A stretch of DNA of 33,456 nt, from contig JBFGZI010000001.1 in assembly GCA_041586855.1 (NCBI GenBank), forward strand, positions 1-33,456, written 5' to 3'. The notes below the pieces were generated by a model. That model worked only from the letters and a program-made list of their open reading frames with translations. It did not search any database and was not told the DNA's origin. Position numbers and translations under genes: made by a program. Each line of letters starts with the position of its first letter. Positions within the stretch are counted from its first letter, which is position 1. Below, one piece after another: positions 1 to 9,353 of this stretch. Origin of the DNA: Oceanisphaera sp. GTDB taxonomy: Bacteria; Pseudomonadota; Gammaproteobacteria; Enterobacterales; Aeromonadaceae.

Positions 1-829
1 GACTGTACTGGTGCCCGGCGAGCGGGGGCTGATCCTCGGCAAGGCCATCGCCGAGCAGCTGGAGCTGGCCGTGGGCGATCGGGTGTCCCTGCTGCTGCCG
101 TCACCGGGCAGCCAGGGTTTTGGCTCGCCCCGACGGCACAGCTTCACCCTGGCGGGGGTGGTAAGCATCGGCGGTCAGCTCGATACCGTGCTGGGCTATA
201 CCCATCTTCAGGATGCCCAGGAGCTGAAAGAGCTGGGGGATGCCATCTCCGGTTTTCACCTGCGGGTGAATCAGGTGCTGGCCGCCGATCGGCTGACCAT
301 GAATGCGGGCATGGGATTACCGGCGCCCTTTTATGTCAGCAGCTGGATGGAAAGCCAGGGCAATGTCTATAGAGACATACAGCTGGTACGCACCCTGATG
401 ATAGTGGTGCTACTGCTGGTGATGGCGGTGGCCAGCTTCAACATAGTATCGACCCTGGTGATGGCGGTGAACGAGAAAAAAGGTGACATCGCCATCCTCA
501 AGACCATGGGGGCGGGGCCCTGGCAAATTCGCGGCGCCTTTATGGTACAGGGCCTGCTGAACGGGGTCACCGGCGTGGTGTTCGGCGGCGCCCTGGGGCT
601 GCTGCTGGCGACCCGGCTGTCCGATCTGGTGGCGGCTCTGGAGCGCCTGACCGGGCATCAGTTTCTGAACCCTGAGGTGTATTTCATCGACTTCATTCCC
701 ACCGAGTTTCACTGGGCGGATTTGTGGCTGGTGACCGGCTCGGCGCTGGTGCTTATCTTCATCGCCACCCTATACCCGGCCTGGCGCGCGGGCAAACTGC
801 TGCCCAGGCAGTTGCTGGGAGAAGCTTAA
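1..829 (+). CDS. lolE: Lipoprotein-releasing ABC transporter permease LolE (5'-truncated by window edge)
   Basis: Frame open from window start. Motifs VASFNIVSTLVMAVNEKKGDIAILKTMGA, VYFIDFIP and ATLYPAWRA are typical of LolE; lolE-DUF2062-comEC-msbA neighbourhood. Confidence 0.9.
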   Translation, partial: TVLVPGERGLILGKAIAEQLELAVGDRVSLLLPSPGSQGFGSPRRHSFTLAGVVSIGGQLDTVLGYTHLQDAQELKELGDAISGFHLRVNQVLAADRLTMNAGMGLPAPFYVSSWMESQGNVYRDIQLVRTLMIVVLLLVMAVASFNIVSTLVMAVNEKKGDIAILKTMGAGPWQIRGAFMVQGLLNGVTGVVFGGALGLLLATRLSDLVAALERLTGHQFLNPEVYFIDFIPTEFHWADLWLVTGSALVLIFIATLYPAWRAGKLLPRQLLGEA

Positions 830-833
830 AAAA

Positions 834-868
834 GTGAGGGGTGAGGAGATAGGGGTGAGGAGAATGGA
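834..868 (+). repeat. Degenerate heptamer array GTGAGGG GTGAGGA GATAGGG GTGAGGA GAATGGA
   Basis: Five 7-nt units begin 4 nt after the lolE stop; they resemble the reverse complement of the GCCTCAC array at 1063-1167. Confidence 0.7.
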
Positions 869-926
869 GTGCTCCAGGTTGAGCTGGTCCAATAAATTGG
901 ACCCTACAACACCCAGCTTTCCCATT

Positions 927-991
927 GTCATCTCCGCGAAGGCGGAGATCCATGACATATTGCACTGGACTCCCGCCTTCGCGGGAGTGAC
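927..991. repeat. Inverted REP-like doublet (GTCA...CCGCGAAGGCGG...TCCA type)
   Basis: GTCATCTCCGCGAAGGCGGAGATCCA (927-952) and the inverted copy TGGACTCCCGCCTTCGCGGGAGTGAC (966-991); each is a perfect 8-bp hairpin with a GAAG loop. Confidence 0.85.
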
Positions 992-1062
992 CACAGAGAA
1001 AGTCGAAGGTTTGACAGCAATCACAAGGGCTTGCGCCGGTTAAAGCGGCGCTTATAATTTCT

Positions 1063-1167
1063 GCCTCACGCCTCACGCCTCACGCCTCACGCCTCACGCC
1101 TCACGCCTCACGCCTCACGCCTCACGCCTCACGCCTCACGCCTCACGCCTCACGCCTCACGCCTCAC
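1063..1167. repeat. Perfect tandem heptamer (GCCTCAC)x15
   Basis: 105 bp read directly; the last unit contains the TGA stop of the minus-strand DUF2062 gene. Confidence 0.97.
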
Positions 1168-1670
1168 CGCTGACTGCGTCTTTCCCGCCGTAGCTTCCAC
1201 GCCAGTTGTATCTTCCAGCGCCAGCCCAGGCGGGTGACTATCCAGCCCAGCAGGGCAGAGCCCAGTCCCATCAGCAGGGCGCCGGTCAGCAGAGGTACCG
1301 CCAGGGCCAGAGCTTCGTGTTCCAGCGCACCATTGAATGCCAGTTCGGGGGTATCCAGTAGTCGGGCGCCGAGCCGGTAGGCGAAGTAAAACATCGGCGC
1401 CAGGGTGAGCGGGTTGTTGACCCACACCATGGCGATGGCCAGCGGCAGGTAGCCGCGAAACAGCACGGCCAGACCGATGGCCACCAGGGTATGCATGGGT
1501 AGCGGCATCCAGGCGGCAAAGAGACCGGCGGCCACCGCCACGGCGGCAGAATGGCGGTTGCAGCACCAGTAATCGGGGTCGAGCAGGCGTTCGCCGAACA
1601 GGGCCAGGATGCGATGCTGGCGCAGGGTTTCCTGGCTTGGCATCCGGTTTTTCAACCATTGGCGCAACAT
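1164..1670 (-). CDS. DUF2062-family membrane protein (paralog 2, 168 aa, MLRQWLKNRMPS...)
   Basis: ATG at 1670 overlaps the TGA of paralog 1 (TGATG). Motifs NRHSAA, GLFAAWMPLPMH and WVNNPLTLAPMFYFAYRLG. The N-terminal extension in the 305-aa track ORF overlaps paralog 1 and is ignored. Confidence 0.8.
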   Translation of the reverse strand: MLRQWLKNRMPSQETLRQHRILALFGERLLDPDYWCCNRHSAAVAVAAGLFAAWMPLPMHTLVAIGLAVLFRGYLPLAIAMVWVNNPLTLAPMFYFAYRLGARLLDTPELAFNGALEHEALALAVPLLTGALLMGLGSALLGWIVTRLGWRWKIQLAWKLRRERRSQR

Positions 1671-2182
1671 CAGCGGCCCCGCCGGCGCAGTTTCCAGCGG
1701 CGTGACACCGTCCAGCGCCAGAGCCCGTGGATCACCATGAAGCCGGTGGCCGAACTGACCAGAGCCATGACACCACAGCCCAGCAGAAAAGGAGGGCCAG
1801 CGGTGGTCATGGCGCCGCTGAGCCAGCTCAGGCTCAGTTCGAAGTGTTTGTAGTGGTGGGGCCGGTCGAGCAGGAAAGAGCCCAGCCGATAGGCAAAATA
1901 GAACATCGGCGGCATGGTCAGCGGGTTGCTTACCCAGACCAGCACCGCCGACAGGGGCAGGTTGACCCTGAATATCATGGCCAGCACGGCGGCCAGCACC
2001 ATCTGAAAGGGGATGGGCAGCCAGGCACAGCAGAGGCCGACGGCAAAGGCGCCGGCGGCCGAGTGTCGGTTGAGATGCCACAGGTTGTTGTCATGCAGTC
2101 TGCTGCCAAGCAGGCTCAGGTATTTATGATTTTTAATGGTGCCCGGATCGGGCATCAGGCGTTTTAACGTCTTTTTTGGCAT
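1670..2182 (-). CDS. DUF2062-family membrane protein (paralog 1, 170 aa)
   Basis: MPKKTLKRLMP...LWHLNRHSAAGAFAVGL...WVSNPLTMPPMFYFAYRLG matches the conserved protein found between lolE and comEC. Confidence 0.85.
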   Translation of the reverse strand: MPKKTLKRLMPDPGTIKNHKYLSLLGSRLHDNNLWHLNRHSAAGAFAVGLCCAWLPIPFQMVLAAVLAMIFRVNLPLSAVLVWVSNPLTMPPMFYFAYRLGSFLLDRPHHYKHFELSLSWLSGAMTTAGPPFLLGCGVMALVSSATGFMVIHGLWRWTVSRRWKLRRRGR

Positions 2183-2209
2183 CTGTTCCAGGTCCGCAAT
2201 ACTTATCGG

Positions 2210-4438
2210 ATGGATAAGCGGCTGTTCTTCTTCTGCTTCGGCATCTCAACCATCATGATCTGGCCCTGGCTCCCCGCCTGGGACTGGTGGTTGCCACTGG
2301 TCTGTCTGGGCTGTTTGTGCTGGCGGCCAAGGCCGGCGATGGCCTGCCTGTTGTTCGGGTTGGTCTGGGCGCTGTGTTACAGCCACTGGCAATTGAGTTG
2401 GCTGCAAGCTCCCGATCTGTTCCAGCGCAGCCAGCTTGTCGCCGGCACCGTAGACAGTGTTCAGCACCGGGAGAGTGGCGCAAGCAGGCTGATTGTCAGT
2501 CTGAAAAGCCTGAATGGTCAAGCACTTTCCCCCCACCCAAGGGTGCTGCTGAACTGGTATGGCCAGAATACCCCCCCTGCCGTTGGCGATAATATTCAGT
2601 CGATCAGCCGGTTACAGCCCCCCCACAGCCTGCTTAATCCGGGCAGCTTCAACAGTGCCCGTTGGCTGCTGGGACAGGGGATCACGGCCCGGGGTTATCT
2701 GACCGGTACCCTGAGGCACCAGGCCGCCGACGCTTCAAACCGTACCCGGCTGGCTCGGCATATCGAGGTCATGACCACCGATTTGCCGGCCCGGCGCTGG
2801 CTGCTGGCACTGAGTGTGGGGGATCGCAGCGGGCTGCAGCAGGCAGACTGGGATATGCTGCGAGGCCTGGGAGTGAGCCATCTGTTTGCCATCTCCGGTC
2901 TGCATATCGGGCTGGTGGCAGGACTGGGCCTGCTGGCCGGGCGCCTGAGTGGCAGTCGGCTACTGGCGGCAGTGCTGGCGGGAGGGCTGGCACTGGGGTA
3001 TGCCTGGCTGGCGGGTTTTTCGGTGCCCACTCAGCGGGCACTGCTGATGTTGCTGTTATGGCTGGGCCTGTTTTGCTGGGGCCGCTTCTGGAGCGGCCGC
3101 CGTCTGTTATTGCTGACCATGACGCTGCTGCTGGCGGTCATGCCCTGGCTGGCGCTGGATCTGGGTTTCTGGTTGTCGGTGCTGGCGGTGGCCGCGCTGA
3201 TGGTGAGTGCCGGCTGGTTGGGAGGGCACAGCCTGTGGCGATTGCAGCTGGGGCTGAGCCTGCTGTTGCTGCCACTGATTATCCTGCTGTTCGGCGGCAT
3301 CAGCTGGCTGTCGTTGCCGGTCAACATGCTGCTGATCCCCCTGTTTTCGCTGTTGCTGATCCCGCTGTTACTGCTGGCCTGTCTGCTGGTGCTGCCGTTG
3401 CCCGAGCTTGCCATGGTAGTGCTGGTATTGCTGAACGCCCTGTTTGAGCCGCTGATGGCCGGCCTGCACTGGCTGAATGACAGTCTGTCGCCCTGGCAGG
3501 CGTTGTCGGGCCGGGCCCAGGGGCTTTGGCTGTTGCTGTTTTTGCTGCCGCTTGCCCTGCTGCTGCCCAGGGCGCGTTGGCTGATGGTGCTGGCCATGTA
3601 TCTGCTATTGCTGCAACCCGGCGTACTGAAACAGGTTGTACTTGAACAAGATCCCCGCTGGGAGGTGCGGATACTGGATGTGGGACAGGGGTTGTCGGTG
3701 CTGGTCACCCAAGACCGGCGGGCGTTGCTCTATGACACCGGCAATCGTTTCGACTCGGGCTTCAACATGGCGGATGGGGTGATACTGCCGTTGCTGACCC
3801 GGTTGGGCATCAATGAGCTGGATTATCTGGTGGTCAGCCACGACGACCGGGATCACAGCGGCAACCGGGAATATCTGGCCGCCACCCTGCCGGTGCACCA
3901 TCGACGGGGAGTGTGGCCGGACGGGCAGCATTGTCGTGCGGGGCAAGCGGAAGTCTGGGGGCGGCTGACGCTGCGGGTGCTGTGGCCGGTCACCCCGAGT
4001 GGCCATCGTAACAACGACTCCTGTGTGCTGCATATCGGGGATGGCACCCTGTCTTTGCTGCTGACCGGAGACATAGAGGCCGAGGCAGAGCAGGGCCTGT
4101 TGGCCTCGGGGCAGCCGGTGTCGGCCCAGCTGTTGCTGAGCCCCCATCACGGCAGCCACAGCTCTTCCACCGAGGCCTTCAACCGGGCGGTGGCGCCGGA
4201 CTGGGTGGTGCATACAGCCGGTTATGCCAACCGTTGGGGCTTTCCGTCTTCCGAGGTGCTGGCGCGGCTCGATCGTCAGGGGGTGCGTCAGTTGATCACC
4301 GGAGATCACGGCATGGTGCACCTGGTGGCGGACGGCCATCGCTGGCGCCTGCTGCAGTCTCGGCGGCCCGGACCCTGGTATCATCGGCTCAATGCCTGGT
4401 TGATGACTGGCGGGAGACCCCCTAAGCCGTTAGAATAG
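2210..4438 (+). CDS. comEC: DNA uptake channel ComEC/Rec2
   Basis: HLFAISGLHIG competence-domain motif; C-terminal metallo-beta-lactamase-like motifs DVGQG, SHDDRDH, HHGS; directly upstream of msbA. Confidence 0.93.
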   Translation: MDKRLFFFCFGISTIMIWPWLPAWDWWLPLVCLGCLCWRPRPAMACLLFGLVWALCYSHWQLSWLQAPDLFQRSQLVAGTVDSVQHRESGASRLIVSLKSLNGQALSPHPRVLLNWYGQNTPPAVGDNIQSISRLQPPHSLLNPGSFNSARWLLGQGITARGYLTGTLRHQAADASNRTRLARHIEVMTTDLPARRWLLALSVGDRSGLQQADWDMLRGLGVSHLFAISGLHIGLVAGLGLLAGRLSGSRLLAAVLAGGLALGYAWLAGFSVPTQRALLMLLLWLGLFCWGRFWSGRRLLLLTMTLLLAVMPWLALDLGFWLSVLAVAALMVSAGWLGGHSLWRLQLGLSLLLLPLIILLFGGISWLSLPVNMLLIPLFSLLLIPLLLLACLLVLPLPELAMVVLVLLNALFEPLMAGLHWLNDSLSPWQALSGRAQGLWLLLFLLPLALLLPRARWLMVLAMYLLLLQPGVLKQVVLEQDPRWEVRILDVGQGLSVLVTQDRRALLYDTGNRFDSGFNMADGVILPLLTRLGINELDYLVVSHDDRDHSGNREYLAATLPVHHRRGVWPDGQHCRAGQAEVWGRLTLRVLWPVTPSGHRNNDSCVLHIGDGTLSLLLTGDIEAEAEQGLLASGQPVSAQLLLSPHHGSHSSSTEAFNRAVAPDWVVHTAGYANRWGFPSSEVLARLDRQGVRQLITGDHGMVHLVADGHRWRLLQSRRPGPWYHRLNAWLMTGGRPPKPLE

Positions 4439-4465
4439 CGCCTCGTTTTTCAAGGCAGAGACTTT

Positions 4466-6217
4466 ATGTCCCAAGATGACCACTCTTCTTCCTGGCCGGT
4501 TCTCAAGCGCCTGCTCGGCTATGTGAAGGAGCGCAAGCTCGGTCTGGTGGCCGCCATTATCGGCATGGCGGGCTATGCGGCCGTTGATACCACCTTTGTC
4601 TATTCCATCAAGCCGCTGATCGATGAGGGACTCACCGGGCAGGATCCCAATGTGCTGAAATGGATGCCATTGTTCGTGATCGGCATCGTGTTTCTGCGTG
4701 GCGTCTGTACCTTCCTGTCCGGCTATTGCATGGCCTGGGTCGGCAACCATGTGGTGATGTCGCTGCAGCAACAGGTGTTCGGCAAGCTGATGACGATGCC
4801 GGTGGCGTTTTTCGATCGTAATAACAGCGGTAACCTGTTGTCCAAGGTGACCTATGATGCCTCCCAGGTGTCGTCGGCGGCCAGCTCGACCCTGGTGACC
4901 CTGGTGCGCGAAGGCGCCACCGTGATCGGCCTGCTGGGGCTGATGTTCTATCACTCCTGGCAGCTGTCGCTGATCTTCTTCGCGGTCGGCCCCGTGGTCG
5001 GGGTCATGATAGCGGTGATCAGCCGTCGTTTTCGTCGCCTCAGCCGCGGCATGCAGGACGCCATGGGTAACATCACCAGCAGCACAGAGCAGATGCTGAA
5101 GGGCCACAAGGAAGTGCTGATGTTCAACGGCCAGCAGGTGGAGTCGGGTCGTTTTCACCGGGTCAGCAATGCGGTGCGTCAGCAGAACATGAAGATGGTG
5201 GCGGCGGATTCCATCGGTACGCCTTTGGTGCAGGTGATCGCCTCCAGCGCCCTGGCCATCCTCCTGTATGTGTCCACCTTCGACAACATTCAGGATCAGC
5301 TGACCCCCGGTACCTTTACCGTGATCGTCACCTCCATGATGATGCTGATGCGGCCGCTCAAGAGTCTGACCCAGGTCAACGCCTCCTATCAGCGCGGCAT
5401 CGCCGCCTGTCAGAGCCTGTTCGGCCTGATCGACAGCGAAGGCGAGCAGGATACAGGCACCCGGCCCCTGGCTCGTGCCCAGGGTCTGATCGAATTTGAC
5501 CGGGTCGGCTTTACCTATCCCACCAAGGAAAATGCGGCGCTGAAAGACGTCAGCTTCCGGCTTGAGCCCGGCAAGACCATAGCGCTGGTCGGCCGCTCCG
5601 GCTCCGGCAAGAGCACCATCGCCAGCCTGCTCACCCGTTTCTACGATATCGATGAGGGTGAAATCCGCCTCGACGGCGTGGATTTGCGCGAATACAAATT
5701 GAGCGATCTACGTCGTCAGTTTGCGTTGGTGTCCCAGCAGGTCCACCTGTTCAACGACACTATTGCCAACAACATCGCCTATGCGGCCGAAGGCGAATAC
5801 AGCCGGGAGCAAATTATCGCGGCCGCGCAAGTAGCCTATGCGGATGAATTCATCAACAAGCTGGAACAGGGCTACGACACCATCATCGGTGAAAACGGTG
5901 CCAGCCTGTCCGGTGGTCAGCGTCAGCGTATCGCCATCGCCCGGGCCCTGCTGCGCAATGCGCCGCTGTTGATCCTGGACGAGGCGACCTCGGCGCTGGA
6001 TACCGAGTCGGAGCGCCATATTCAGTCGGCGCTGGATGCTCTGCGTAAAGACAGAACTGCGCTGGTGATTGCCCACCGGCTGTCCACCATCGAAAACGCC
6101 GACGAGATCCTGGTGATCGACGAAGGTCGGGTGGTGGAGCGGGGCTCTCACCTCGAGCTGCTCGAACGCCAGGGTGTTTATGCCCAGCTCAGAAGCATTC
6201 AGTACGGCGAGGGCTGA
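4466..6217 (+). CDS. msbA: Lipid A ABC flippase MsbA
   Basis: TMD plus NBD with GRSGSGKS, LSGGQRQR, LDEATSALD; 583 aa; upstream of lpxK. Confidence 0.97.
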   Translation: MSQDDHSSSWPVLKRLLGYVKERKLGLVAAIIGMAGYAAVDTTFVYSIKPLIDEGLTGQDPNVLKWMPLFVIGIVFLRGVCTFLSGYCMAWVGNHVVMSLQQQVFGKLMTMPVAFFDRNNSGNLLSKVTYDASQVSSAASSTLVTLVREGATVIGLLGLMFYHSWQLSLIFFAVGPVVGVMIAVISRRFRRLSRGMQDAMGNITSSTEQMLKGHKEVLMFNGQQVESGRFHRVSNAVRQQNMKMVAADSIGTPLVQVIASSALAILLYVSTFDNIQDQLTPGTFTVIVTSMMMLMRPLKSLTQVNASYQRGIAACQSLFGLIDSEGEQDTGTRPLARAQGLIEFDRVGFTYPTKENAALKDVSFRLEPGKTIALVGRSGSGKSTIASLLTRFYDIDEGEIRLDGVDLREYKLSDLRRQFALVSQQVHLFNDTIANNIAYAAEGEYSREQIIAAAQVAYADEFINKLEQGYDTIIGENGASLSGGQRQRIAIARALLRNAPLLILDEATSALDTESERHIQSALDALRKDRTALVIAHRLSTIENADEILVIDEGRVVERGSHLELLERQGVYAQLRSIQYGEG

Positions 6218-7182
6218 TGCAGGCCTGGTACCGGAAGCGCACCACCTGGCTGTGGGGGCTGGCCCCCCTGAGCGGCTTGTTTGCGCTGATCAGCGGCCTG
6301 CGCCGCTGGCTGTTCCGGCGGGGGAGCAAGGTGGTGTACCGGGCGCCGGTGCCGGTGGTGGTGGTCGGCAATCTGACTGTGGGCGGCAATGGCAAGACAC
6401 CCCTGGTGATCTGGCTGGTAGCATGGTTGCGCCGGCAGGGATATACCCCGGGCGTGATCAGCCGTGGCTACGGCGGCAAAGCCGAGCAGTATCCGCTGTT
6501 GCTGAAGGCGAACACCCGGCCCGAACAGGCCGGCGACGAGCCGGTGCTTATTTATCGTCGCACCGGCTGCCCCGTGGTGGTGGGCCCGAAACGGGGGGAA
6601 GCGGCGGCGCTGCTGGCAACCCTGGGGGTCGATATCATCATCAGCGACGACGGCCTGCAGCATTACGCCCTGGCCCGGGACATAGAGCTGGTGGTGGTGG
6701 ACGGCAAGCGGCGCTTCGGCAACGGTCACCTGCTGCCGATGGGCCCCCTGCGTGAGGGGCTGTGGCGGCTGGACCGGGTGGATGCGATTATCAACAATGG
6801 TGGCCCGGCCGACGCCGGAGAATATATGATGACGCTCGAACCCGGCGCCCTGCAACCGGTCAGCGGCACACAGGTCGCACCGGAGCCGGGCGCGCGTGTT
6901 CATGCCCTGGCGGGCATCGGTCATCCGCCGCGTTTTTTTGCGACCCTGGAGCAGTTGGGCTTTATACTGGAACAGCGGCTGGCGCTGGCCGATCACAAGG
7001 CGGTGGCCTCTGAGCAACTCACCGGCTTGCAGTCGGCGCCGTTGCTGATCACCGAAAAAGACGCCGTCAAATGGCCGGGGGGTCATGACAATACCTGGTT
7101 TGTACCGGTGGATGCCCGATTGCCCGCCGAATTCGAACAACTGCTTTTAACTCGACTCAAGGAGCTAGATCATGGCGATTGA
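6217..7182 (+). CDS. lpxK: Tetraacyldisaccharide 4'-kinase
   Basis: [32 protein letters not shown] motifs. Confidence 0.96.
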   Translation: MQAWYRKRTTWLWGLAPLSGLFALISGLRRWLFRRGSKVVYRAPVPVVVVGNLTVGGNGKTPLVIWLVAWLRRQGYTPGVISRGYGGKAEQYPLLLKANTRPEQAGDEPVLIYRRTGCPVVVGPKRGEAAALLATLGVDIIISDDGLQHYALARDIELVVVDGKRRFGNGHLLPMGPLREGLWRLDRVDAIINNGGPADAGEYMMTLEPGALQPVSGTQVAPEPGARVHALAGIGHPPRFFATLEQLGFILEQRLALADHKAVASEQLTGLQSAPLLITEKDAVKWPGGHDNTWFVPVDARLPAEFEQLLLTRLKELDHGD

Positions 7183-7360
7183 CGCCAAACTGGTGGAAAT
7201 CATTGCCTGCCCGGTATGCAAGGGCAAGTTACAGCTGGACCGGACTCATAACGAGCTGGTTTGTCGCTTCGACCGGCTGGCCTATCCCATTACCGAAAAC
7301 ATTCCGGTACTGCTGGAAAACCGGGCCCGCAAACTGAGCCTGGACGAGCTGCCCGCATGA
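7172..7360 (+). CDS. ycaR: Trm112-family protein YcaR
   Basis: [11 protein letters not shown]...LAYPI...IPVLL; conserved position between lpxK and kdsB. Confidence 0.9.
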   Translation: MAIDAKLVEIIACPVCKGKLQLDRTHNELVCRFDRLAYPITENIPVLLENRARKLSLDELPA

Positions 7361-8106
7361 GCTTCGTCGTGGTGATTCCCGCCCGCTTCAGTTCGACCCG
7401 TCTGCCGGGCAAGCCGCTGGCTGATATTCACGGCAAGCCGATGATACTGCGGGTGGCGGAGCAGGCGCAGCAGAGCGCCGCGGCCCGAGTGGTGGTGGCC
7501 ACCGACGATGTCCGCATTCGCGATGCGCTGGCGCACAGCAGCGTTGAGGTCTGCATGACCGGCGCCCATCACGAGTCCGGCACCGAACGCCTGGCCGAGG
7601 TGGTCGAGTTACTGGGACTGGCGGCGGACGACATCGTAGTGAATGTGCAGGGCGACGAGCCACTGCTGCCGCCGGCACTGGTGGATCAGGTAGCCGGCCT
7701 GCTGGCCGACAGCGATGCGCCCATGGCGACTCTGGCCACCCCGCTTGAGCATCTGACCCAGCTGACTGACCCCAATGTGGTCAAGGTGGTGCAGAGTCAG
7801 GCCGGACGAGCGCTGTATTTCAGCCGCTCCGCCATTCCCTTCGACCGGGACGGCACGGCCGGCGGCACACCGGATTTGAGCCACTGCCGACGTCATATCG
7901 GCATCTATGCCTATCGGGCCGGCTTTATTCGCCGTTACCTGGCGTTGCCGGTCAGCCCGCTCGAGCAGCTGGAAAAACTGGAGCAGCTACGGGTACTCTG
8001 GCATGGTGAGTCGATTGCGCTGGCCGATGCCGTTGAAATACCGCCGTCGGGGGTCGATACCCCGGAGGATCTGGAAGAAGTACGTCGTCAGCTGGCTTCC
8101 CGTTGA
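7357..8106 (+). CDS. kdsB: CMP-Kdo synthetase (3-deoxy-manno-octulosonate cytidylyltransferase)
   Basis: Start reassigned to the ATG overlapping the ycaR stop (ATGA); [29 protein letters not shown]. Confidence 0.96.
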   Translation: MSFVVVIPARFSSTRLPGKPLADIHGKPMILRVAEQAQQSAAARVVVATDDVRIRDALAHSSVEVCMTGAHHESGTERLAEVVELLGLAADDIVVNVQGDEPLLPPALVDQVAGLLADSDAPMATLATPLEHLTQLTDPNVVKVVQSQAGRALYFSRSAIPFDRDGTAGGTPDLSHCRRHIGIYAYRAGFIRRYLALPVSPLEQLEKLEQLRVLWHGESIALADAVEIPPSGVDTPEDLEEVRRQLASR

Positions 8107-8216
8107 GGCGGGATCCGGGCCGATGAGCAAAAAATTCTGCAATAAAAGAGTTAACGGGGTACATTGCCCCGCAGTTATGGCGGCTAAGCGTCACAAGGAA
8201 ACGTTCGAGGAACTAT

Positions 8217-9236
8217 ATGATTACCCTGGGTGAATACATCGTAAAGAATCAGGCTGAATACCCCAGCGCCAGCGGCGAGCTGACATCGCTGCTGTCTTCC
8301 ATCCGTCGCGCCGCCAAGGTAGTCAACCGGGAAATAAACCGGGCCGGCCTGGTGACCGAGATCATCGGTGGCAGCAACGACAGCGAAAACGTGCAGGGTG
8401 AAACACAGCAGAAGCTGGATGTGTTCGCCAATGACAAGTTCAAGGCGGCACTGGAAGCACGGGGCGAAGTCTGTGGCATCGCGTCCGAAGAAGAAGACCA
8501 TTTTGTGGCCTTCGATGACAAGCGCCAGAGCAATGCCAAATACGTGGTGCTGATGGACCCGCTGGATGGCTCCTCGAACATCGACGTGAATGTATCTATC
8601 GGCACCATTTTCTCCATCTATCGCCGTGTCAGCGAGCCCGGTGAGCCGGTGAACATCGAAGACTTCCTGCAGCCGGGCGTGAATCAGGTGGCTGCCGGCT
8701 ACGTGGTCTACGGCTCTTCCACCATGCTGGTATACACTACCGGTCACGGCGTGCACGGCTTTACCTACGATCCCTCCCTGGGCTCTTTCTGTCTGTCGCA
8801 CGAGAACATTCGTATTCCCGAGCAGGGTACCATCTACTCCATCAACGAAGGCAACTACATCAAGTTTCCGGAAGGGGTGAAGAAGTACCTGAAGTACTGT
8901 CAGGAAAAGGATGAAACCACCAAACGTCCCTACAGCTCTCGCTATATCGGCTCTCTGGTATCCGACTTCCATCGGAATATGCTCAAGGGCGGCATCTATA
9001 TCTACCCGTCCGGCACCAGCAACCCCAATGGCAAGCTGCGGTTGCTGTATGAGTGTAACCCGCTGGCATTCATGGCCGAGCAGGCCGGTGGCAAGGCTAC
9101 CGATGGTTTCCGCCGCATCATGGAAATCAAGCCCACCGAGCTGCATCAGCGCACTCCCTACTTTGTGGGCTCGAGCAAGATGGTCGACAAGGCCGGCGAG
9201 CTGATGGCCCAGTATTCCAGCCCCGAAGCGGAATAA
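8217..9236 (+). CDS. fbp: Fructose-1,6-bisphosphatase class 1
   Basis: [35 protein letters not shown]. Confidence 0.97.
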   Translation: MITLGEYIVKNQAEYPSASGELTSLLSSIRRAAKVVNREINRAGLVTEIIGGSNDSENVQGETQQKLDVFANDKFKAALEARGEVCGIASEEEDHFVAFDDKRQSNAKYVVLMDPLDGSSNIDVNVSIGTIFSIYRRVSEPGEPVNIEDFLQPGVNQVAAGYVVYGSSTMLVYTTGHGVHGFTYDPSLGSFCLSHENIRIPEQGTIYSINEGNYIKFPEGVKKYLKYCQEKDETTKRPYSSRYIGSLVSDFHRNMLKGGIYIYPSGTSNPNGKLRLLYECNPLAFMAEQAGGKATDGFRRIMEIKPTELHQRTPYFVGSSKMVDKAGELMAQYSSPEAE

Positions 9237-9247
9237 AACGCACACAA

Positions 9248-9277
9248 AGCCGTAAGCCGTCAGCTATAAGCTGTCAG
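9248..9277 (+). repeat. Degenerate heptamer array AGCCGTA AGCCGTC AGCTATA AGCTGTC AG
   Basis: Four 7-nt units starting 11 nt after the fbp stop. Confidence 0.65.
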
Positions 9278-9287
9278 TAAAATACAA

Positions 9288-9324
9288 AACACCGAGCCTG
9301 ACAGGTTCGGTGTTGTTGTTGTGT
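9288..9324 (+). terminator. Probable fbp terminator hairpin with GU-rich tail
   Basis: AACACCGAGCCT-GAC-AGGTTCGGTGTT stem with one G.U pair, followed by GTTGTTGTGT. Confidence 0.55.
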
Positions 9325-9353
9325 CTGTATGAAAATATCGGCGGCGTCGTCAC

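Noticed and set aside
759-1076. Short ORFs across the lolE/DUF2062 spacer, and 32958-33368
   Set aside because: They are translations of REP and heptamer repeats (e.g. SRLTPHA) or antisense to yfaE.
1063-1167. Possible CRISPR array
   Set aside because: Pure 7-bp tandem repeat with no spacers and no cas genes in the window.
1671-2081. N-terminal extension of the 305-aa ORF 1164..2081
   Set aside because: Out-of-frame overlap with DUF2062 paralog 1; homology starts at the ATG at 1670.
9315-9324. GTTGTTGTGT is complementary to ACACAACAAC in the sucC leader (possible fbp 3'-UTR sRNA)
   Set aside because: A 10-nt low-complexity match at a terminator tail, with no independent evidence of an sRNA.
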